Positions 10,379 to 21,720 of a stretch of DNA of 64,000 nt are shown here, in pieces. A program made the position numbers and the translations under genes. This DNA comes from Nymphaea colorata (lineage: Eukaryota). Numbering within the stretch: position 1 is the stretch's first letter; the number at the start of each line of letters is the position of its first letter. The notes beneath the pieces were generated by a model that did no database searches, was not told the origin of the DNA, and saw only the letters and a program-made list of their open reading frames with translations. Location of the stretch: assembly GCF_008831285.2 (NCBI RefSeq), contig NC_045138.2:930001-994000 (forward strand). The letters are read 5' to 3'.

Positions 10379-11655
10379 GCAAAAAGTATGGCAAACTGTA
10401 GCTAATCCTCTTGTGGCAACTATATTTAACAATAAAGTTTAACATTTATGTTGTCATGTGCTCGATGTTGCATAAATTGTTGTTGCGGCTAGTAATGCTC
10501 ACTTGGTGACTTTTTTTACTGATAAATTTCTAATTTATAGTTAGGCAACAAGCAGCATAGAAGAGTGTGCATATGTGTGTAAATATGTATATAAGCAGAC
10601 ACACATATGCCAACTACATTTAGCTGCTTAGGGCTCAAGTAGAGACAGGGTTAGGAATTTATCATTGTACGGGCTATTTTTTAAAATTTTTACATAAGTC
10701 AAATTAAGATTTTTAAAATTTTCATGTTTTTTTTTAAATCTGAGGTGTATATTTTAAATTATATATTTATTTATACATGGCTCCCATCAATCATTTTGCC
10801 AACGCAACAACATAAATAGCCATTCTTGACATTTTATTACGAAATTTGGTACTTTCCATGTTATGTCATTAATTGGGAAGACATGTTTCCACATTTTAAT
10901 GGAGGGGCATTTTAGTATTTCATAATGTGAATTTTTACCATTCTTTCTTTGAACTATTGGGAGTATTCTAATCAATTCTTGCTAACTGCACCTTAAATTT
11001 CTATTCTAGTGAACTATAAATTTCATGAAAACCATATATTAATTAAGGCATTGATTATGGCAGGGGCAGAGTCAAAAAATTTTTACCAGGGGATCAAATT
11101 AAAGTTTTTAAATTTTGATAGGAATTGAAATATCATTTTTTAAAATATTTATATAAAACAAGTAAAATTTTTTAAAATTTACATATAATTTTTTTTTTAA
11201 GCGGGATTCCCTCCACCCTGCAATATGTGACATGAATTCATTAAAGGAAAAGACCATAAATCATTCCAAGCTGTACTATAGACTAACTCTGCCCTTTTAA
11301 AGTTCCAAAATTTCATATTGGTTTGAAATGGCTCCAAGGGACATAGCATAACTGATTGTACAGGCTTCGCAGTGAAATAGTTTGATTATGTTGGTGTTAC
11401 TCCTGAGCTGCAAACGGTAGCTACGCGATGCTTAGTTGATAGGTGTCATGCTTTGCTGTCGAAATAAATAAACTGATGCTTCCTAGATATAGCTTGGCTG
11501 CACCTTGTCTCTTCGTGTTATTTTCTTTAAGCCTCATATCTCATTACAAATATACTTTATCTTATGTTGTGTGATTGTCCTTTCTACAAGTTGAATAGCA
11601 TATGAGTAGCACCTCGATACACCAAAAATAGCTCCAAACCCTGGAGGGAGATTCA

Positions 11656-11708
11656 GCCTTTCACTCGGGCAATCGGATCTCCTCACCCGACCATCATAGT
11701 TGTGCCAC

Positions 11709-11767
<59 letters not shown>

Positions 11768-11818
11768 GAGCCTTTTACTCGGGCAAAAAGATCTCCATCA
11801 TAGGTGTGCCACGTCTCA

Positions 11819-11897
<79 letters not shown>
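11656..11897. repeat. Two tandem units, each about 55 bp plus a compound (CT)n(AT)n microsatellite
   Basis: gcctt(t)cactcgggcaa..gatctcc..catcatag.tgtgccac at 11656 and 11770, each followed by (CT)n(AT)n. Confidence 0.8.
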
Positions 11898-11903
<6 letters not shown>

Positions 11904-12055
11904 CTTTTTATACTTCTTGTGCTAATTGGCCTTTTGCTTAGGTGGGGAAGGATTTTTGAAATATAAATGCACTCGATTTGATGTCAACCATGTCATGAGA
12001 GACAAATGAAAGTTTATGTCTTAGCGTTCTTCTTAGAGAACCGTTTGATTGCCTT

Positions 12056-13089
12056 CTAGAGAGGTACTCTTTGCTTTTTTCTTGTTTTTAGCTTTTACCT
12101 CCATAGGCAAATGGTAACCATGAGGTTATGGAAGCCTATAAGTATCAAGGGCTATACAACACCCGTCCTCTTCTCAACTTATGGGTTGGTTTTATGAGAT
12201 AAAACTTCTGTTTTTATCAGCTGAATCTGTGGGGCATTCTCAGACTATAAAACTGCTGGTTTTGCTGTTCACTGTTTTTTCTCTTTCTTGTTTAACGTAC
12301 TCTCTCCTCCTCCAGCTTACTGGTATGAAACTATGAATTGCTATTTTTTTTTCTGAAATACTAGAAAAAGAGAACCTAGTTCATGCCTTGCAGTCAATAT
12401 GGTACATGATATGATTTATTTGCTATCTTTATTTGGTTTCATTGTAATTTCTTTCCTTTTTGCTGATTAAATTTCCAAGTTATGAAATTTTGGTTGAAGT
12501 TGTTTTCCCATTCAAAATGTAGTGACATCCCAATGAAATCTCTCTCTCTCCCCACGTCTCTGGCATGCACTCCTGCACACACACACACACACAGAATGTA
12601 TTTGACTTGCTGTGGGGTGCAGGTTGTTCAGGAGTGCAGGGAAATATACGAGAGCTATTTGTAGATGGGCGTCCACCCAAGCCTGCTTTTCTTGTCTTTG
12701 GGAGGGTGAAATGCCTGACTGCTTCCAAGGGGTCTTTGAGGAGGAAACTGTAGTTCATTTTCTCTTGTAAATGTAAATTATTTTTGGATTTTCCGTTCTC
12801 GTGGGGAAGCATTACATTTGCAATTTTGTATCTTTTTTAATGATCTGGCCATTAGAGTTTTAATATAAATAGCTTCTTAAAACAAGAGTCAACAAAAATC
12901 CTAGCTCTCTCTCTCTCTCTCTCTCTCCATCTATCTGTCTCTCTCTGTGCCTGTGTGCGCGTGTGTATGTCAGACGCTTATCAAATTCCTCCCTCATCCC
13001 CATCCATTGAAGATAGACCAATAATTTAGTTCAGATTAAGAGAGGATGGAAGCGTAGATATAACGGATTCAATGGAATTCACCCATCTC
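12056..13089 (+). pseudogene. SEC6: Partial duplicate of the SEC6 3' end (last intron, last exon, 3' UTR), frameshifted
   Basis: Colinear high-identity copy of 40739-41821; last exon copy 12623-12753 has a 1-bp deletion (GAGAGCTATTTGTAG vs GAGAGCTATTTTGTAG) giving ESYL* instead of [12 protein letters not shown]. Confidence 0.93.
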
Positions 13090-15352
13090 ATAGTACATTC
13101 ATAACGTCCTGCATAATCTGCCCTTCACTGGTTAACGGTTAACAATTAAACACCATTACTGAGAGTGTAGCTTGGATATGGACAAGATCCACGAGCATCC
13201 AATAAAGTTTAAGTGAAGCACGTGGAGTATTGTGTGAGAGTGTCAATGGTTTGGATTTTTCTTCCAAAGAGTGACCCAAATCTTTATATTTGGGTATCGC
13301 TAGGGATGTCCACCCTAAGATACAATCTAACGTTTGATTCTTTTATTTGACTGGTTGGATTTCGTAAGAAAATCCAGATCTGATTAGGAAAACCGGATGC
13401 AGGTCTGTTATCGTATTTCATACCCAATTTCGGTGGACACCTGAAACACCTTACTTGGAAAAATTTGGATAATGTTTAGTATTGGTATACTTAAATCTGA
13501 ATCCGAACTCCGATAGCAATAAACAATACCAGATTACTCAATTATGTTGATGTTATATCAGATCCAAATCTAATTAGTTGACCTCCAATGATTCTACTTC
13601 TTTCTATTAGAAGTTTTCTACATTTATTATGAAAAATAAGCATTTGAATGCCGCAAAATCAGCCACGGTTCATTGCTGTGGCGAACAAGCGAGTGGCCCC
13701 CACCATTTGAGAGATGAAAGGGCGCAAAGTTTTTCAATAGATGACTCGCGCGCACATTTGAGCCCAGAGAGAGAGACAAAGAGAGAGAGAATCAATCCAT
13801 CATTGGTCGAGAGAAAGAGAGGGAGAGAGGAGGGCTCTGTTGGACCCAGGGAGTTCGCGGACTTCTTTTTCACACTTCTTCTCTTCTCTTCTGCTATTCA
13901 CAGCTCTCGATTGCAAGTTTCTTCTTCTAGAGTTTTCCTCTCTTCTTCGATTGCAAAGGAAACTCCTCGGGCGAGGGATGAAGATATATTGGTTCCATGA
14001 TTCCATCCAATGAGCAAGAGGTTGAGCATAAGGTCTAGCAGGTTGAAGGAGGTTTAGAGTCCAATATTTGGAATGCACCTTTTGGGCTCAATCTGATGTT
14101 ATACCTAGCACCAGGTCGTCAGACCAAAAGAAAAAGGAAAAGGTTTGGAAAATCTATAAAACAAACATCTGCGGTCTATGATGGAGTTGGTATCTAGATG
14201 CAAGTGAAACTTTTGGAGATAATACAGATAAGACTATCCATGATGTCATGTTAACATGATAAGCTGAAGCATGAATACAGGGTACAAGAGGCTTTGGTAC
14301 AATGTCTAAAAGAATAGTTATCACAAATTATAAAATTTATTCATTTGTTGGTCATTAGTTACTCCTTTTGGTTATCCATATGTTAGCTAGGTTTTTCACT
14401 AGATAGTTATTTAAGAAACTATTTGTTTAGGTAGTCTACTCACTAATCTAGGGTTACAACTACCGCTTCAACAGGCAGGAAAGCAAATTTTCTAGGCAGT
14501 CTTGCCAAAAGTAATTTCCTTTCACTTTTCCAAACCTTTTTTTTTTTTTGAAATTTAAAGGCATTTTAAACTTCTGACTTCTATTCTAATTTCTAAATAT
14601 TGACAGGAGATCTTTCTAACAGCTATTATAAAGGATGAATGGACCCTTTTAACATCATCATGGATTAGTAGAAACCTCCTCCATGATGATGACATGGGCA
14701 TGACTCAAGGCCACATCCCAACGCTGGACAGCTAGAAGATTAACTAAGAGGAATGAGTACGATCATCTAGACCCATTCAATTCTCTTATATATATATAAG
14801 AGGATGTCTTACACTTGTTCACCAGTATCCATTTAATTATTTACAGTTTTATGTGGTGATGCCTAGTGCAAATTCCTCACTCCTTTTAAATTATCACATA
14901 TCTTAAAAGTATCCTCTGATCGTGATTTTCTATGTACATTATTATTCAAAATGAACTGTCACATCCACAATATCCTAAAATATCATCAAATGGCATCCTT
15001 TATGGATACAGTTATCTTTTAAAATTTCACATTTTCCCAAACATAATACTGCAATAGAGGCAATATTTTCTCTTTGGCGTAATATAATTTTATTGAAAAA
15101 TACAACCTAAAAAAGAAAGACATCTTCACCCCTAGGTGCAGTGAAAGAGATCGCAAGGAATATATAGAGGCTCGAGTAATAGCTTTGACCAATCCATGGA
15201 ACAGAGAGAGAGAGAGATACCTCATACCGTTTTCAGTACTTTCTCTTCTTCTTCTTTTATACGAATGCTTCTTTTGTGGTTCTTTCATGCATCTCGTCTT
15301 CAAAAGTCATTCATTATAACCTCTCCATCTTTCATCTTGTTTTTTTCATTTA

Positions 15353-15580
15353 GGTTGTGTTTGATCTGAGGTTGCGTTAAAAGACATGTTTTGAAAGATC
15401 TTCAATTTAAACAAGCTGAGGATCTTAATAGCATGAATTTCAAATACATGCTACATGTTCAAAACCATGAATTTAAGATCGGATTTGTGGGGAGGTGTCT
15501 GATCTTAAATCCATAGATTTGAGATATTAGAGTTTTCAGATAACCATGGATCTCAGATCTACGGTGAACCAAACACAACC
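15353..15580. mobile_element. Tourist-like (PIF/Harbinger) MITE
   Basis: TIRs GGTTGTGTTTG / CAAACACAACC with TTA TSD on both sides; 228 bp. Confidence 0.85.
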
Positions 15581-16124
15581 TTACACTTTCAATTCTGCAC
15601 TTGTGGTCTCAAGAATGCACTCTCTCATGCTTTAGTCTTGTTTTTTTTTTTCATTGGTTTCGGGTTTGCACTTATTGTCTTAAAAAAGTAGTTGCATTGC
15701 TAGTGCATCTTTTCTTCTTTGCAAGTTCCATTACGTGAACCTATATCTTCTCCTCTATGTGGGCAGGCTTAAATTTATAGGATGGTGTCCTTGGCAAACC
15801 AATGAAGTAAAATTAAAGTAGCTCAGGAGATCCAATCATGTGTACTACCATATTGTTTCTTTTTTCTTTTGTTATTCATTGATGAAGATGAAGATATATG
15901 TGTGGTCTTTACATACAATTGTCCTCAAAGCAGGGGTGAAGCAGGTATGGGCTACGTGTGATCTAAACATGACTATATATGCCATTTTTGAAAGCATCCC
16001 CTTTGCCCTTCAACTCATTCACACTTTAAAAGTCGACCGATGCGCCATAAAATAAAATTTCAAAGGGCCTCTGACCCAAGTTGAATGAAGGTGGGACCTC
16101 AAATCCTCGGATCTCATACATTCA

Positions 16125-16350
16125 ATTTGCGTTTGACAGCCTTGGTTCTTAGATCTAATGCTGCATAAAAAGCCATGTTTTGGGAGATTTCAATTTAATC
16201 AAACAGTGAATCTCAGTAGCATCGATTTAAGATTCATGTTACATGTTAAAAATCATGGATTTAAGGTGTGATAGAAGGAGGTCTGACCTTAAATCTATAG
16301 ATTTGAGATCCTACCACGAACCTGAGATTCAATATGGAACAAACACAACC
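16125..16350. mobile_element. Second, more degenerate copy of the same Tourist MITE family
   Basis: Colinear similarity to 15353-15580 (catgtt..aaa.catg.atttaag, gtctga.cttaaatc.atagatttgagat); ends CAAACACAACC; left TIR eroded. Confidence 0.7.
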
Positions 16351-19075
16351 TCATTTATAATAGATCGGATCTAAGAACTAAGGTAAACAAGCACTGCCAA
16401 CTTTTTGAACTCCTAATCATCACAAAGTTCAGACTCCGAACTACGCCTAGCCAAGTTGGATGGAACTTTTGTTGCTTTTCTTTTTTTTTTTTGGAAATTA
16501 AAGAGAAAAACCTCATTGTTCATTAGGTAATGCTCATTACTGGCGAAATTTGATAGAAAAAAGTTCTCGTCGAATTAAGCATCAATAAAGTTCACATTCT
16601 TAGGATATACTATATCACAATAATCATTTTACATATTATATGGCACGGTTGCATTAAGTTAATGTATTGTTGCTTCATGTGCTCATGCGAGTTTCTGATT
16701 TACTAAAATGCCAAACAAACAATGCATGATAATTAAATTTCTACATTCACATAGATGCAAAACAAAGGCGGGAAGACAAGGAGAAATGTATCGTGTTTCT
16801 TTTTAATAATAAAAGGGGAACATTACTTTTGTCATTATAAAATTGTTATATGAAATCTTTAGAGTTGATAAAAAAGGTTAGGTGCATGGAGTTGTTTCCC
16901 AAGTAGGGCTATGCATGAGTCACATCTGGTAGGAGGGTTTTGTAATTTTTTATTATTTAAAAACATTATTTAAGTAAAAAAAAATGACTATCAAAAAGCC
17001 AGGAACACGACTTCCTTTAGTTGCCTAACTTTAGCCGAACTCATACCTATTATTAATTTCTTCGTAATCCTACCCACTTCATCAACTAATACAGTTTAAA
17101 ATGTTTCGTGTGAATAACACTAAAATTTGTTTTAAAAAATTAACTAAAGTTATTAAACCTTTATGTGAATAACATGATTTGAATCAGTTTTGAATCAACA
17201 AAAAATTATTATTAAAAGTTTTTACTTTAAAAATAACTAAAATTAACAAAACATTTCTAAAATAAAACTGACACGTAGTGTTCTTGGTTTTAGTTAATGA
17301 GTCCCCACCATGTTAAAAATTGTATGTAATTAAAGCATTAGCAACGGTTCATCGCTTAAGCGATGGTTCTGGTGTCTTTAATAATATGTATTTTATAATA
17401 ATTTTTAAACATTTACATATTTCAATTTTCCCATGATAAATCTGTGCACAATATAATAGATTATAGCAATCACAATTTGCATTTTAGTCATTTTGGGAAA
17501 GATCCATTTATGAGGTCAGCGTCATTAATTCATCACTAGCAAAAAATTGGGAAGAAAATGCAATATATGCAAAAATGCTTTTCTTTTACTATGTAATTTT
17601 GTATTAAATAATTCCAACTTAAGCATTTCGTGTATATTTTCCTTTGCTTAGGTTGTGTTGGCAACCCTCTCAAACGGAAGTGTTTTGCAATATAAGCATT
17701 ATTTTGCAAAAAGAAGCAAGAAAATCACTTCATTTTACAATATATCCATAAGCTGAGGACCAACTCGCAAAAAAGAAAATTCCAAAAAGAAGCATAAGAA
17801 TTTAATTGGTTAGGGTTTAATAGACACTAATAACATAATTACCACAGCTAGGGGCCGGAGCCAGGAATTTTTCAGGAGAAAACCTGAATTATAGCTTCAA
17901 AAATTAGACCGGAACCAAAATATCATTTAAAAAAGTTTATATATAAAAATGATTTTTTTAAAAATTTACATGTAAAGGAGTGCCACTTAACAATTTTAGA
18001 CCATTTGCAAATGCTAGTATCGGAGCATATTGAACCATGACTAAGTTGAAGTTTGGTTTTCATTGTTAGATCTTTAAAATATTTTGAGTTAGTTTTTTAA
18101 TTCAAAAATTTTTGAAAAATAAGGTGATATAGGCCCATAAATATATATCAACTAATCACTATATCATGGAGGAAACTGATATGGCGTTTATGTGGATATC
18201 TACAAACATTGCTGTTTATAAAATGGGCACTTGAATTAAAATGGAAAATAAGATTATCAATCCCTGCGGGGTTCTTCCATCCTTAACCTCTTTGTTTGCT
18301 TAACTGTGTTTGATTGAGGACCACATGGACAAGATTGGATGCCTCAAAAATATTGTCACAACTTTATGAGGACAGGACATTTGTTTACTTCAGATCCGAG
18401 ACTGAAGGAGCTTTGAGATTATCAGGGATTATCAGATTCAAGGATTTAAAGTCAGATCCCTCTTATCCGGTTCAAAAAAAAAATTATGTAATGGTTTACA
18501 CTTTGAGTCTCACATAAAATAGACTTTATATCAACAATGGATGTGAAATTTGAGGCTATGAAACACAATCTAGTGAAATTAGTAAGAGGAATGTTCTTAA
18601 GACTTTCTATACAAGACCGAGTGTCTTAAGACAGTCTTTCATCTGTTTTCTTCGCCGCTAGATTACCAGTTACCGAGACGACTCCTGAAATGGCGTTTTA
18701 GTAAAATAAGCAGGATCGGGGACCATTCTGTAATTAGGTCCTTCGGGCACCTCCCATGCTGTGGGTTTTCACATTTTCAGAAAATTGGTTTGTGTGTCTG
18801 GATTACATCTAAAACACATTTTTTTTTGTGAATAACCTCTCGGTCAGGTTTTGGGCGAGCGAGAGGTGAACCCCCACCGCCCAAGCAAGGCCTGAAGGCT
18901 CTCCATTCCCCTTGTTTTTAGGGTCGCAATAACAGCAGTGTACCCTTCAACTTGAATGTCGTGCCCTACCGCCTTAAAATATAGAAACATAACGCTCACG
19001 AAAATCAAACAAGGAACCTGCCTTAATACAAGCCCTAACTCAACTAGTTACCCTATGTCTCTTGAGGGGACATGG

Positions 19076-20678
19076 GGTCAGGTTATTCAATCTTCTAAAA
19101 CCAGGTTTTTTGAAAACTTAATTTTGTGAAAATCTGGTTTACGATGTTGCCCATACTCTTCATCTTCCTGTCCACTGCTGGTGCGAGTGGTGCTCTTTTC
19201 CCCTTTTAATAAACAGAGAGAGAATCGATCATGACTTGGCTTGCTCCAACGTCCTCGTCTTTTTCTGGAAGAGGAAGGAAGGAAAACCCTCGATATGTGT
19301 CGGAAAAGGCAAGTTCAAAGCAGCCTATTTTACTAAAACGGGTCTAATTTGCATATACAGGGGAAGTTCTATCCAACTTCGTGAGTTTTGCTTCAGAGAC
19401 ATCCGTTGCTTCCTGCGGAGAACGAGAATGGATTGGGAGGAAGGCGTTTTACCATCTCGGAATTGGAATATCATGGTGGTTTGAGATTGTGGAGATTACG
19501 TGAGACGAGTGGAAAGCCAATCGAGTTTTTCGTTTTCTTGCCGAAGGCGGAAGAGACTCATCTCTTTCGCTTCGGTTTTCCTTCCTTCCGTGATCTACCG
19601 CTAACTAAGAGGCTTCGAGGAATAAGCGGTATATTTATAGCGAGGAGGAAACAAGATAACCAAGATAAGAAGCTAATCTCCTAAAGGGACGTAAAATTAT
19701 CTTTTGAAGCAAATAATGAACATGATAAATCTAAGATCATTTAAAGATAGTATATCAAGGATCCAAATGCAGTGCCAAATGGATGTTTGTGGCCAGCGGG
19801 ATGATTTGGGTTGGCCCCCGGATTAGAATCCGAGCAAAAGTTCAGTATCTACTTAAATTAATCTCTCATATTAACTGTGAACAGTTTGTCACATCTATTT
19901 CTTCTTTCCTTCTTTCTTCTTGAGCAGAAACACTTGTCACTATTATGGTGACCATCCTGATCAGTTCAATTAACCAGCGCAACCAATAATTGGTGCTTGT
20001 TTTCATGCCAGCCCATGTTTGCAGTTCTACTTTCAGAGCTGATGGATGATGCCAAACATTTGCTGAGAACTCAGAAGCATGATCCTCTTCATTTGTACAT
20101 GGCTACTCCCAATTGTTCAAACATAACAAGCATGGTTCTGGTGCACTTCATATGCTCTGTCATCTGAGCGATGGATCTTCCATGGTATGTGCTTGCCATA
20201 AAAATCTCAAACCACCATGATATTCCAATTCCGAGATGGTAAAATGCCTTCCTCCCAATCCATTCTCGTTCTCCGCAGGAAGCAACAGATGTCTCTGAAG
20301 CAAAACTCACGAAGTTGGATAGAACTTCCCCTGTATATGCAAATTAGACCCGTTTTAGTAAAATAGGCTGCTTTGAACTTGCCTTTTCCGACATATATCG
20401 GGGGTTTTCCTCTCCTCTTCTAGAAAAAGACGAGGACGTTGGAGCAAGCCAAGTCATATACGGTCCTCTCCTCTTCTAGAAAAAGACGAGGACGTTGGAG
20501 CAAGCCAAGTCATATACGGTTCTCTCTGTTGATTAAAAGGGGAAAAGAGCGCCACTCACACCAGCAGTGGACAGGAAGATGAAGAGTATGGTAGCGTTTG
20601 GGTAACATCGTAAACCAGATTTTCACACAAAATTAAGTTTTCAAAAAACCTGGTTTTAGAAGATTGAATAGCCTGATC
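19076..20678. repeat. Long inverted repeat: arms 19076-19488 and 20203-20678, spacer about 715 bp
   Basis: The right arm is the reverse complement of the left, with scattered substitutions, a perfect 56-bp tandem duplication (20409-20464/20465-20520) and small indels. Confidence 0.95.
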
Positions 20679-20880
20679 TGAAGTAAACAAACTGCACTAA
20701 TGGATTACACGCAAGTCCTGCACCTTCATATCGTGCAGAACCAACAAAAGTGACCCGTAAACTACACTAACGTGACCTCTGTTTCTCTCTCTCCCTAACT
20801 TCTATAAGTTGGAATATTTAAGTTCTAAGGAAGATACAGAGAGAGATGAAGAATTGAGGAGTCGATTGAGGTCGTCAAGG

Positions 20881-21019
20881 ATGGATGAGGCAAGTGCTGG
20901 CGCTTCCCGTCGCCGCGGCCACTGGACGCCAGGAGAAGACGAAAAGCTCAGACAGCTCGTGGAGCAATACGGCCCTCAGAATTGGAATTCCATCGCAGCC
21001 AAACTCCAAGGTCGATCAG
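20881..21019 (+). pseudogene. Orphan first exon of an R2R3-MYB transcription factor (MYB52/54/105/117-like subgroup)
   Basis: MDEASAGASRRRGHWTPGEDEKLRQLVEQYGPQNWNSIAAKLQGRSG|GT: R2 repeat with the canonical phase-1 intron after GRS-G; TATA-like TATAAG at ~20803. I found no GKSCRLRW exon 2 before SEC6. Confidence 0.8.
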
Positions 21020-21678
21020 GTACATGCTGTTGAACATCTCTCTCTCTCTCTCTTGCAAAAGTTCTTGCAGAAGTTGGTATTCTTCATCCTTTATGAACTT
21101 CAATAACAAGTGTTGAAATCAGCAACATGATGAAGCACAGGATATTTCAGCCACAGTGAGGAACCAGAGGAGTCCTGCACCATGCATAAGAATGTTGGAT
21201 TCATAGACTTTCTTGGTGTTGGGACTTCTTAACTTTTTTTCTTTTAGAGTTGTAGTTCTTCTCTTTTTTGAAGCAATGCCAAGTCATTCTCTATCTCTTG
21301 AGTTTTTTTAATCTTTTTTTTTTAGTCCCTTTTCCCAGCTTTTCTGTTCATAATTCAATGGACAGCCTCTTTGTAGTTCTTGAACTGTTCATAATTTATC
21401 TTTTGCATATTTGTATGCATGCTCGAGCAGACATCCTTTTCTTGCTTTAAATATACTTGGTTTAAAAATTGAGGTAATTTATTAAATACTATAACATGTA
21501 TTTTATAAATCTAATTACTAAGAGTTTATTATTGTTCTCATGTCCAAAACAACCTCTTGAAAAGTAACTAATGTGTAAATTAAATATATATTTATAAAAT
21601 ATGGACATATCAATAAATAATTTAAGTAAAATTTGTGTGGGCAAGTGTCCAAGTTTATAAAATATGGACTCATTAACA

Positions 21679-21720
<42 letters not shown>

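Noticed and set aside
19076..19488. Known conserved miRNA within the arms
   Set aside because: I recognised no conserved mature miRNA sequence by eye.
19076..20678. Inverted repeat as Pack-MULE terminal inverted repeats
   Set aside because: No 8-11 bp TSD at the outer ends and no MULE-like terminus. Not fully excluded without copy-number data.
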